A program made the position numbers and the translations under genes. Positions 1 through 8,235 of a DNA stretch of 15,650 nucleotides are shown one piece after another (within the stretch, counting starts at the first letter, position 1; each line of letters opens with the position of its first letter). This DNA is from Candidatus Iainarchaeum sp. Its GTDB lineage: Archaea; Iainarchaeota; Iainarchaeia; Iainarchaeales; Iainarchaeaceae. The stretch lies in NCBI GenBank assembly GCA_038895675.1, contig JAWANB010000022.1, positions 1 to 15,650 of the forward strand, written 5' to 3'. A model generated the notes under the pieces. That model did no database searches. It had not been told where the DNA came from and saw only the letters and a program-made list of their open reading frames with translations.

Positions 1-285
1 TTGTTCGTAAGCATCTTTAGTTATTCCAACAACGTATTTTATTCTTGTTGGACCAATAGAGTTGCAAAGTTGTTCAAAATTTTCATAACTATAAATATAA
101 CTATTTGCTCTGATGGTTTTTGAGATTTTCAATAACTCAATGTTGTTCATGAACTCTTGATTTCTTTTGTCGAAAGAATTAAAGGCTGAAGTAAAAGCAG
201 TAAAAAATATCATCAAGCCTAATACTAATGGCGTTATTGAAGGCAAGTCATCCCCAACAGGTCCTATAAAACCTTTTTTTAGCAA
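1..285 (-). CDS. Pilin-like protein with class III (prepilin)-type N-terminus; 3' end runs off the window
   Basis: Not in the ORF track; read by hand. TTG at 285, open to position 1: MLKKG|FIGPVGDDLPSITPLVLGLMIFFTAFTSAFNSFDKRNQEFMNNIELLKISK... Basic KKG leader then a hydrophobic helix. Overlaps the upstream gene's stop by 7 nt, with GGAAGTGAG SD-like sequence before it. Confidence 0.75.
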   Translation of the reverse strand, partial: MLKKGFIGPVGDDLPSITPLVLGLMIFFTAFTSAFNSFDKRNQEFMNNIELLKISKTIRANSYIYSYENFEQLCNSIGPTRIKYVVGITKDAYEQ

Positions 286-905
286 TTGAACTCACTTCCT
301 TTTAGCTCTTTCACTTGCTCTTTTGTCGGTTCACATAAAGCGCTTTCACAAGCTATAACATAAATTTTTTTTTGCCCGTCCTTTATTTCTTTTATTATTG
401 TTATTGCATTTATCGGGTTTTCAGCTTGCGGATCAATAAAAATTTCGTTTTTTTCGCTTATACTGCCAGAATATGCAGAGCCCAAGTAGTCTGTATTGTA
501 TAATTTTATTTCTGCATCAGTTCTGAAACTATCAGCTGAAATAGCCTTTGCCTTGAATTCTATTGAAGAAAACTCTTTTTTGATTTCATCTCTTTGATAA
601 ACGGAAAAAATCATGGTTTTTAGAGTTTTGTTATTTACTTTTACGTCAGCACTTGAAATTTTGACAACATAATAAAATTTTCCTCTTGCTGTTCTTATGT
701 CTTGCGGAAAAAAATAGGTGGTGCTATCGCAAAAAGTAGAGGACATTGCAACATTTTGAACTTTTTCTTTGACTCTTGTAACTAATTCAGAAGACTCTTT
801 TGATTTGGTTATGTCATTTAAACTCAAAGCAAAAAAAGACACTATTGCAAATATTGAGGTAACTAATATTAGCAAGTTCATTTTGCTCAATACAAAACCA
901 AGCAT
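279..905 (-). CDS. Hypothetical membrane-anchored, minor-pilin-like protein (208 aa)
   Basis: N-terminal hydrophobic helix (LLILVTSIFAIVSFFALSL), then an amphipathic helix and a beta-rich domain with Cys. Co-oriented and tightly coupled between two class III signal genes. Pilin-like role is inferred from context. Confidence 0.65.
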   Translation of the reverse strand: MLGFVLSKMNLLILVTSIFAIVSFFALSLNDITKSKESSELVTRVKEKVQNVAMSSTFCDSTTYFFPQDIRTARGKFYYVVKISSADVKVNNKTLKTMIFSVYQRDEIKKEFSSIEFKAKAISADSFRTDAEIKLYNTDYLGSAYSGSISEKNEIFIDPQAENPINAITIIKEIKDGQKKIYVIACESALCEPTKEQVKELKGSEFNC

Positions 906-911
906 TTCTTA

Positions 912-1451
912 TCACTTTTTTCTATAAACGCAAATAACTGGCGCTTGACTAAAAATTGAAGACTCTCTGATTAAAGTGTAATCTCCTGGTTTTATTCCAT
1001 CGCTTGATTTCCAAGCCACTGCTTCATAACTTCCATCTAAAATTCTTGGATCGCAATTTGTTGGATCGGCAAAGTTAGTTGCTGATGAAATTCTAAGACA
1101 TTTAGCAATAGTGTACTCTGGAGAAGAAAAATTAAGTATAGTGCATTGTCTTACACTTCCTTCGCATATTGCACTGCAAAATTGTGCGCTGTCTCTGTCA
1201 ATTATTCTTAAAATACTATTTTTTTCAGGATAACAAGTAGGCAAATTAAAACTAATGTTTACTTTTGACTTTGTTTTTACCACGTTTTCTATTGCAGATC
1301 TTATGTCTTCAAGATTTTGGTTGAGAGTTCCTTCGCAAGTTTTTTCTTCAAGAGTCTTTAAAGCATTAAAGCCAATTACTATTACAAAACCCATTATTAT
1401 TATAGCTATTAACAACTCAAAAACCGCGGACTCTTGACCCTTTTGGTTCAT
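912..1451 (-). CDS. Archaeal type IV pilin-like protein with class III signal peptide (179 aa)
   Basis: MNQKG|QESAVFELLIAIIIMGFVIVIGFNAL: KG|Q cleavage motif, Glu near the mature N-terminus, long hydrophobic helix, Cys-rich extracellular domain. Confidence 0.85.
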   Translation of the reverse strand: MNQKGQESAVFELLIAIIIMGFVIVIGFNALKTLEEKTCEGTLNQNLEDIRSAIENVVKTKSKVNISFNLPTCYPEKNSILRIIDRDSAQFCSAICEGSVRQCTILNFSSPEYTIAKCLRISSATNFADPTNCDPRILDGSYEAVAWKSSDGIKPGDYTLIRESSIFSQAPVICVYRKK

Positions 1452-1473
1452 GCTATGCTAATGTTTTTTTGTT

Positions 1474-1482
1474 TATTTAATA
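1474..1482 (-). promoter_or_regulatory. Putative archaeal TATA box for the minus-strand pilin-like operon
   Basis: Minus strand AAAAAAAC-TATTAAATA lies 23-31 nt upstream of ATG 1451, consistent with a leaderless transcript. AT-rich background lowers specificity. Confidence 0.4.
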
Positions 1483-1609
1483 GTTTTTTTATGATACCTT
1501 GCACAATCAATGTTTTTAGTCATCATTTGTTTTTTTTGTTGTTTTTTATTATTTAGGCCATATTTATGCCATGGCAATTTTTTAATACTTCTTTAAACAA
1601 CCTTATACT

Positions 1610-1774
1610 ATGCTTGATTTTTTTTTAGAAGAAAAAGCCCAAAGTGAATGGAACTCGGTTTATTTGCTAATAGTCTTCATAATAGCTGCTATCTTGATAA
1701 TAGCAATAGTAAAACCAATGTTCAGGCAAAGTCAAGACATAGTTAGAAATGACCCTGTATTGAAACAAAAATAA
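1610..1774 (+). CDS. Small Flp-like prepilin / class III signal peptide protein (54 aa)
   Basis: Below the ORF-track size cutoff; read by hand. MLDFFLEEKA|QSEWNSVYLLIVFIIAAILIIAIVKPMFRQSQDIVRNDPVLKQK*. KA|Q motif, about 18-aa hydrophobic helix, short tail. TTTAATA at 1581-1587 lies 23-29 nt upstream. Confidence 0.8.
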   Translation: MLDFFLEEKAQSEWNSVYLLIVFIIAAILIIAIVKPMFRQSQDIVRNDPVLKQK

Positions 1775-1854
1775 CCCAAATTTTGCTGTAAAGCAACAAA
1801 TAAATAAGTCTGTTCTTTTTTATATTATACTAAAAAAATAATAGGTAATGAAAA

Positions 1855-4800
1855 ATGGTCAACATGAGTTTTAGGTTTTTAGGTTTCATATCCTTTATTT
1901 TATTGATTTCATTGGTTTCAGGAGAGGCAACGCAAGAAGAAAGCCTTAACTATTGTTCAGCAAAAAGCAATGGTTCTTGCCTTTTTTCTTCTGCTTTTTT
2001 TTCTTCTGCTGTTTGTACTTCATCAGAACTTCCAGATAACGATTCGCAAAACATTTTAGATTTGCTTAAAGAAGGTTTTACTACAAAAGAAATTGTTGGA
2101 GAAACGGACAAAGAAAAGGAACGCAAAAGTCTTGATGCAAAGGAAATAGTAATTTTGGACCCGAACAACAAAGACAAAGCTGCTAAAGTTGAAGTTCCTT
2201 CTGAAAAGTTTTTGCCTTCAGAAGTTTCCCAATTTTTGAACTCTAACATTTCAGGCCCTTTTGCTTTCGGCGTGGTGCTTGAAGATTCGTTGAGAGTAGG
2301 AAAATGCAAAGACCCTGCTTCATTAGAATGCACTTTGACAGGAAAAAATTTAAAGTATAGAAACTCAGGTTCTGGGATAGTTGCCGACTTAAAACCTCTA
2401 AAAGAAGCCGTAACCGAAGTTTTTTGGGATAAATGGGTTAACGGCGATGAAAAACTCAACGGCTTGTCAAAAGAAGAAAACGAAGTTTTAAGGTTGTCTG
2501 CTGTTGAGAACCTTGACGATCCAGCCAAAGTAAAGCTTGCAAAAAGACTTGAAAAAGAGCTTATTCCTAATTCAATGCTTTCAAACTCTTTTGAAGCAAG
2601 GCTCCAAACAAATTGCAATAATGACTCTTGTGTTATAAGCATTTACTCGTTTTTTGACAAATACTTTAATTCTTGGCTTTCAACAGAAATGGTTGTTTCT
2701 TCTTTTGGTCCTTCACTGCTTTTTCAAACAAAAAAGCTTTTTGGTTGGACTGGCAGAAGAGGATTTTTGTCAGGAATAAAAGAGGGTTATCAAGAATTCT
2801 TAGACAACTTTAGAGTAAAGTACCTTACTCCTGAGTCTTATCTTTATAACAAAAAAAGAAAAAACATTCAGCGATTGTTGAACAAGTATGATGGTTGGAA
2901 AGAATGGTGGCAGCAATCAGTCGCAGGTTCAGCTGATGGTTCTGGTTATTACTTATTCAAAACTGAAGAATTTGAAGATTGGTGGGCAAAAGCACAAGAA
3001 CACGGCGGACTTCTTTCTAAAATTAAGACTGCTGAAGAGCGCAAAGACTTTTTGAATTTACTTTATGATGCTCGTTCTTTAATGAGAACAGGAAAAGCAA
3101 TGGTTGATCAAAAAAAAGCAGAGTGGCAAAAAGCATTAAAGTTAGCTGGCAATAACATGAATGACCCTATTGTTAAGGAAAAGTACATTGAGTATGGTAA
3201 AGCCATGATTACTTTCATGGATGATTATTATGACGAAGCATTAGGCGCAGACTTTATAGAATGGGTAAATAGGTATCATTACGTTGGACTATTTGATAAG
3301 GGTTTTAAAATAATTTATCCAAGTGGCGATGGTGAAATCTTTGATTTTTTTAGAGATCACAGAAACTTGAGAAACATTTTAAGAAAACTGAAAAATGAAG
3401 GCACTTTTGCCAATTTCTCAGATCCTATTTATAGGGCAAAGTATGGTGCTGTTTATGAAACAAGGGGTGATAACTTAGTTCTTTATACTATAGATCCTAA
3501 TTCACCAAAGAGAGCTGCAGGATTGTCGTGGAGCAACATAGCTAATGCTGCACCACACGGAACGCAAGTCCAACAAGCTATAATGGACGATACAGGTAGA
3601 ATGATTCCTTACAATTCTTCTTCTGCAAAGTTTATTCAAAATAGGTTAAGTACTAACGCAGTAGTCCATGAAACTAAATGGATTGAGTATGGCGAATTGT
3701 CTCCCGTTGACATGATTGCAAGAATTGACACTGGTAGAACTGGTTCAACCGCAAACTTGAGAATGGCAGTTTACAATTTTCAAACAATGATTGATACTTT
3801 GCAAGAAAGAAATTGGGTTTCAAGAAAGTATTGGAATGCATTAGATAAAATCTTGGCACAAGAAGACGAGTTAGTTAGGAGTTACTTTGCATCTGTAAAA
3901 GGCGGTGCTAAATTGACTACCTTGCCTTTCGCTTATTGGTGGGCTAAAAAAGGCTTTGGAGAGGAAGGAATTAGCATGTATCAATTGCCAGAAACATGGC
4001 ATGATTTGAAGATTACTTTAGGATCTGAACCAATTTACGATTACTCTTACATTGACTTTTTTGCTAATGAAGGCTCTGACATGGGTGATATTTTTATTCA
4101 AATAATAAATTCATTACCTTGGAAGTTAATACTTGACGAATTGTCAGAAAAGTATAACCCTATGAAAAATCTTTACAACGCTTTGACTCAAAACGAGTTA
4201 AGAAGTGAAGTAGAAAACTTGGCTATTTACACTACTTCTCCTAACGATTGTGTTGGTTGTAACATGGTAATAAGCAGTCAAACAAACAATGAATTTAGGC
4301 CTTTCTTTTTCATTGAAAACGGCGGAACTAATTCATACATACTTGAAGACACTTACTCACAAAAAGCAAGAGAAAAAGGTCAAACTTTGATAATTTTTGC
4401 AGGCAAGACTAACTTGGTAGGTGAAAGCGGAGGTAAAAATGGTGAAGAAATAAATTTGGCAAAAGCACTTACTGATGAAAAAATAAAGACTTGTAAAGAA
4501 GCAATAGAATCGTTAAAGTTCATGGGAATTTCATGGGGCAAATTATACAATAGTTTAACTCCAGAGTTTTCAAAGAAAGATCCTGCAATAGGGTTTTTCT
4601 TAGGCGGTTTAGAGTCAGTAGGTTATGGATTCTTTTTTGGCGCAGGAATATTTAGCACAGCTGCCATTCAATTGGCGATAGTTCCGCAGCTCCAAGATTG
4701 TGTTGACACGGAAGAAGGCTACTATGCTCATTACTTTGTGCCTGTTAAAGAAGAAAAAGACGAAAAAACTAACACTTCACAAAAATCAACCGAAAAAGTT

Positions 4801-6375
4801 TCAAAGCTTGTTGATTCTTTTAGAGAAAGACTCGTAGAAAGCTTTGAAAGCGATACAGAAAATCCAGTAAGTGATGCAGCAAAAGATTTAGGAAAAGAAT
4901 TAGAAAAATTCACTAAAAATGCAAGAAAAAACGACCTAGTTCAAGCCACTTTGAAAACAGATGGTCTCACTTCAGGACAATTGCGTTCAAGAGAATTATT
5001 TTATGTTTGGGCAGGCAAAGGCTCTCAAATAACTCCAACAAAATATAAAGAGGATGGTTCGGAAACATTAAAAGGCACTAACGATCAAGAAGTAAAAATA
5101 GACTTTGAGAAAGGCGAAATAAAAGCAGGTGATAAATTATTGTCAAGTTCGCCTGACCATACAAGGTTAGCCTCAACAAACTTAAATATTCCTGCAACAG
5201 AAATTCCACACACTATAACAGAAACTTGCATTTCAGACATGAGCAAGAACGTGTTTGAAATAACATCATCAGGCTCAGTAAAAATAATTAATCCAGAAGC
5301 TTTAGAATGCTTAAGAAAAGGCGTGTTTGAACAAACAGGCTTAACATTGCAAACAGACACGCTTAATGATGCTTTCGGAAAATTGGAATCAATAGTTACT
5401 TCGACACACCCTAATGTAAAAACTTTGGGCGATAAGATCATTGCAGAAGGAACTCCAAGAAAGGTTGCAGAAGGAAAAAATGAAAAAGTCATAGTTTTGC
5501 CAGACTTTGAAGTAGAGCTTTCAAAGTCAAACGATGGAGAAAAAAGAATAGGCAAACTCCAAAGCTTGCAATTCGCAAACGGCGTAATAGTAATGAAACC
5601 AAACGGCTGTTTTATTACTTGGTTAAAACACCATGAAAAAGGCATATTAAATAAGGAAGACATAAAAGGCATACAAACAAACCTTTCAAGAGAACTAAAC
5701 AATGAAACGCTATGCGAAGAGCCAGCAGTCAACTTTAAGTTAATACCTGATAGTGCTTCAGACTTAAAAGCCTCTAACGTAGAAAACTTTAACAAGAGCT
5801 TAGAGAAATTAGGCCCTTTCAAAGTATTTGAAACACCAACAAAAAGATATATTATATCATCAATATTAACACCAGAAGGTAAATGTCAAGACCACTTAAG
5901 AATAATAGACAAAGAAACAGGCAAAATTACTGATTACTTTGGCGAAATAACTCAAACACCAAACGGCCTAAAAATAAGAACAGAAGACGGAAAAGAACAC
6001 GAACTAAAGTTTTCAGAAAAAGAAGGAGCTCCCTTAATACAATTGGATAACGAGAAACCAGAATTGCTTACAGCAGCCCAAGGAAAAAACGGGTCTTTCT
6101 ACTACGACCCAGAAAAAGGATTATGGTTTGCAGAAAATGCACAATTATTGCCATTGATAGAAGCATTTAGAGAAGGCCTTTCAGCAAGAGTTTCTCCAAC
6201 AGGAGAAGTAACAGCAACAGCACAAGGCAATGTTCTTAACTTGGATTTAGGAAAAAAAGACAATGATATATTCAATTTACCAACTTTGCCAGAACAAAAA
6301 GTAGCAATATTACTTTTATTCTCAGTTTTGGTAATTAGTTTTATTATGCTTCAATCAAAAGCCAATTATAAATAA
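1855..6375 (+). CDS. Large secreted, C-terminally membrane-anchored hypothetical protein (1506 aa)
   Basis: Long ORF. Sec-type signal peptide (FRFLGFISFILLISLVSG|E). Cys-containing N- and C-terminal regions. C-terminal LPTLPE + TM helix + short basic tail. Alternative start at ATG 1864. No family recognised. Confidence 0.9.
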   Translation: MVNMSFRFLGFISFILLISLVSGEATQEESLNYCSAKSNGSCLFSSAFFSSAVCTSSELPDNDSQNILDLLKEGFTTKEIVGETDKEKERKSLDAKEIVILDPNNKDKAAKVEVPSEKFLPSEVSQFLNSNISGPFAFGVVLEDSLRVGKCKDPASLECTLTGKNLKYRNSGSGIVADLKPLKEAVTEVFWDKWVNGDEKLNGLSKEENEVLRLSAVENLDDPAKVKLAKRLEKELIPNSMLSNSFEARLQTNCNNDSCVISIYSFFDKYFNSWLSTEMVVSSFGPSLLFQTKKLFGWTGRRGFLSGIKEGYQEFLDNFRVKYLTPESYLYNKKRKNIQRLLNKYDGWKEWWQQSVAGSADGSGYYLFKTEEFEDWWAKAQEHGGLLSKIKTAEERKDFLNLLYDARSLMRTGKAMVDQKKAEWQKALKLAGNNMNDPIVKEKYIEYGKAMITFMDDYYDEALGADFIEWVNRYHYVGLFDKGFKIIYPSGDGEIFDFFRDHRNLRNILRKLKNEGTFANFSDPIYRAKYGAVYETRGDNLVLYTIDPNSPKRAAGLSWSNIANAAPHGTQVQQAIMDDTGRMIPYNSSSAKFIQNRLSTNAVVHETKWIEYGELSPVDMIARIDTGRTGSTANLRMAVYNFQTMIDTLQERNWVSRKYWNALDKILAQEDELVRSYFASVKGGAKLTTLPFAYWWAKKGFGEEGISMYQLPETWHDLKITLGSEPIYDYSYIDFFANEGSDMGDIFIQIINSLPWKLILDELSEKYNPMKNLYNALTQNELRSEVENLAIYTTSPNDCVGCNMVISSQTNNEFRPFFFIENGGTNSYILEDTYSQKAREKGQTLIIFAGKTNLVGESGGKNGEEINLAKALTDEKIKTCKEAIESLKFMGISWGKLYNSLTPEFSKKDPAIGFFLGGLESVGYGFFFGAGIFSTAAIQLAIVPQLQDCVDTEEGYYAHYFVPVKEEKDEKTNTSQKSTEKVSKLVDSFRERLVESFESDTENPVSDAAKDLGKELEKFTKNARKNDLVQATLKTDGLTSGQLRSRELFYVWAGKGSQITPTKYKEDGSETLKGTNDQEVKIDFEKGEIKAGDKLLSSSPDHTRLASTNLNIPATEIPHTITETCISDMSKNVFEITSSGSVKIINPEALECLRKGVFEQTGLTLQTDTLNDAFGKLESIVTSTHPNVKTLGDKIIAEGTPRKVAEGKNEKVIVLPDFEVELSKSNDGEKRIGKLQSLQFANGVIVMKPNGCFITWLKHHEKGILNKEDIKGIQTNLSRELNNETLCEEPAVNFKLIPDSASDLKASNVENFNKSLEKLGPFKVFETPTKRYIISSILTPEGKCQDHLRIIDKETGKITDYFGEITQTPNGLKIRTEDGKEHELKFSEKEGAPLIQLDNEKPELLTAAQGKNGSFYYDPEKGLWFAENAQLLPLIEAFREGLSARVSPTGEVTATAQGNVLNLDLGKKDNDIFNLPTLPEQKVAILLLFSVLVISFIMLQSKANYK

Positions 6376-7233
6376 TTAACTCAAATCCTGTAGACAACTT
6401 TGAGTTTCAGAGCCAGCTTTATAACAAAGCTCTTTATTGTTAGTGTTAAAAGCAATCCAAGCAACACAATTGTCTCTTGTCTCAGAAAGCTTCTCACAAA
6501 TAGAAACATCGTTTTTTGCCAACGCCACTTTAAACAAACAAGAGTCCCTATTTTTTCCTACTTTATCGCATAAAGTTTCATCTTTCAGTTCTTTAGCAAG
6601 AGCATTATAGCAAAAATCTTTGTAAGACAAAATTTTTTCGCACAAAGAGCTATTATTCTCCAATACTGCTTGAATACACTTAGCCCTGTCTTCAGATGGA
6701 CTACATTTATTCACATCAGCTTCAGCAACTGCCAAATAGCATTGATCTTTTTCTTTTGAAGCCTTTTCACACAACACAGCATTTTTTGTTTCAATAGCAA
6801 CATCTACTACACATTGAGAATAACCCAAAGTAACTTTTTCACAAAACTCGGGATTTGAATTTACAAAAGCTACTCTTGTAAAACAATCATCTCTACTTGT
6901 CTGATCTTTGAGCATTTCACAACCTTCGGGTTTTCCTTTGAGAGCAGAATAAAGCAAATAACAATTTTCCTTTTGTGCACCTTGCCTAATTTCACAATCG
7001 CTCAATTCATTAGGGAAAAAATAGTTTTCAGCTATTTTTGTTTCAGGATAACCACCAATTTGTTCTTCTTTAGTAGTAGTTATTTCTTCAGCCAAGTATT
7101 CATCGCCATTCATTTCAACGTAATTCACATCAGAAATAATCTTTACTTTAGGCTGATTCAAAAAAACAATTATTGCCATTGCAAGCACTAATATTAAAGG
7201 CACTGCCAACAACTTCAACAAATTGTTTTGCAT
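6376..7233 (-). CDS. Membrane-anchored Cys-rich repeat protein (285 aa)
   Basis: N-terminal signal anchor, then 9 repeats of about 21-26 aa, roughly C(E/D)K-x4-6-(R/K)DxC(Y/hydrophobic)xxxA, with 18 Cys in the repeat region. Confidence 0.88.
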   Translation of the reverse strand: MQNNLLKLLAVPLILVLAMAIIVFLNQPKVKIISDVNYVEMNGDEYLAEEITTTKEEQIGGYPETKIAENYFFPNELSDCEIRQGAQKENCYLLYSALKGKPEGCEMLKDQTSRDDCFTRVAFVNSNPEFCEKVTLGYSQCVVDVAIETKNAVLCEKASKEKDQCYLAVAEADVNKCSPSEDRAKCIQAVLENNSSLCEKILSYKDFCYNALAKELKDETLCDKVGKNRDSCLFKVALAKNDVSICEKLSETRDNCVAWIAFNTNNKELCYKAGSETQSCLQDLS

Positions 7234-7283
7234 AATATCGTAACAACTTTCCTTGTTTTAAATGTAATTATTAAAACACTATT

Positions 7284-8024
7284 CTAAGTTATTAGTGGCG
7301 TCTTAGTCTCAAACTTTTCAGCACTATCCTTAGTTTTCTGCAATCTTTCCAATTGTTCCAAAAATTGTCTTTCAGCCTCTTTTGCCTCCTCAATCAAAGG
7401 TTGAACATTTAAAGAAAGCCCAAAGATTTCATCAAGTTTTTTCAGTATTTCTGCAGCCGCCTTATAATCTGCTCCATAGTTGACATTAGCCAAAATGGAA
7501 ATCGCCTGAGTCTTAGATTGTCTTAACTCTAATAGTATTAGCGCGGTTATGCCAGTTGTTATGCCGTCTTCTATTTCTTTCAAGCCGTATTTTTTCAAAA
7601 TAGATTTTGAAGTTTCATTCGCTGCAATACCATAAATAATTTCTTTATGCTCAACCGAATGAGTATTGACTCCAGACAAAGAAATTAATTGCTTTATACC
7701 TTTTGAATGAATCCAGTCAACAGTTTTTTTCGCAAGCACATGCATTACTTCTCTCGAAAAAACTTGCTCTGAAAGAACCACTGCTATTTTTTTTTCTTTG
7801 TTAGAATAAATCCTTGCAGGCCTTACAGGCATTGCATTATGAATCCTAACCACAGGAGCAAAAGTATTACTATCTATGTATCCTATGTACTCAAACTTCT
7901 TCTTTTCAACCAAAAACTTTGCAGCCAAAGTTCCAACCAAGCCCATGCCAGGATAGCCTTCAATTAGCGTAAAACCTTTCAAATCACTTTTTTTAAACTC
8001 TACGAACTCAACTTCAGGTTTCAT
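7284..8024 (-). CDS. PAC2-family archaeal proteasome assembly chaperone homolog (PbaA/PbaB-like)
   Basis: LIEGYPGMGLVGTLAA, PVRPARIY, IKQLISLSG, GITTGITALILLE, ADYKAAAEILKKL and LNVQPLIEEAKE match PAC2-family motifs. Confidence 0.9.
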   Translation of the reverse strand: MKPEVEFVEFKKSDLKGFTLIEGYPGMGLVGTLAAKFLVEKKKFEYIGYIDSNTFAPVVRIHNAMPVRPARIYSNKEKKIAVVLSEQVFSREVMHVLAKKTVDWIHSKGIKQLISLSGVNTHSVEHKEIIYGIAANETSKSILKKYGLKEIEDGITTGITALILLELRQSKTQAISILANVNYGADYKAAAEILKKLDEIFGLSLNVQPLIEEAKEAERQFLEQLERLQKTKDSAEKFETKTPLIT

Positions 8025-8235
8025 GCTTTACAAAACGCAAAACTAATATAAAAAACCAACGCATTTATACGCTTTACATAAAATCACGTTGTCTTTTTAA
8101 TTTTTTTTTGTTTTAACGACTTTGCAGAAATATCATTGAATTTTTTAAAATCGTTGTTTTATCTCTAAAATAAGCCTTTTATTATTCCATGGTTTTTATA
8201 AACTCCTTTATGGATAATTTTAATAGTGTTCTACA

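Noticed and set aside
1255..1437. 60-aa plus-strand ORF
   Set aside because: Antisense shadow of the class III pilin gene.
1618..1626. T9 tract at the start of the small pilin as a phase-variation switch
   Set aside because: Runs of 8-9 A/T are common in this AT-rich window (e.g. near 365-373). Read-level length variation would be needed.
1982..2010. 14-nt direct repeat with period 15 (LFSSA-FFSSA)
   Set aside because: Only two low-complexity copies, likely a small slippage duplication with no evident function.
1950..5822. Minus-strand ORFs 1950-2642, 3674-3859, 4731-4913 and 5085-5822
   Set aside because: Ser/Phe-rich antisense shadows fully inside the 1506-aa gene, with no motifs.
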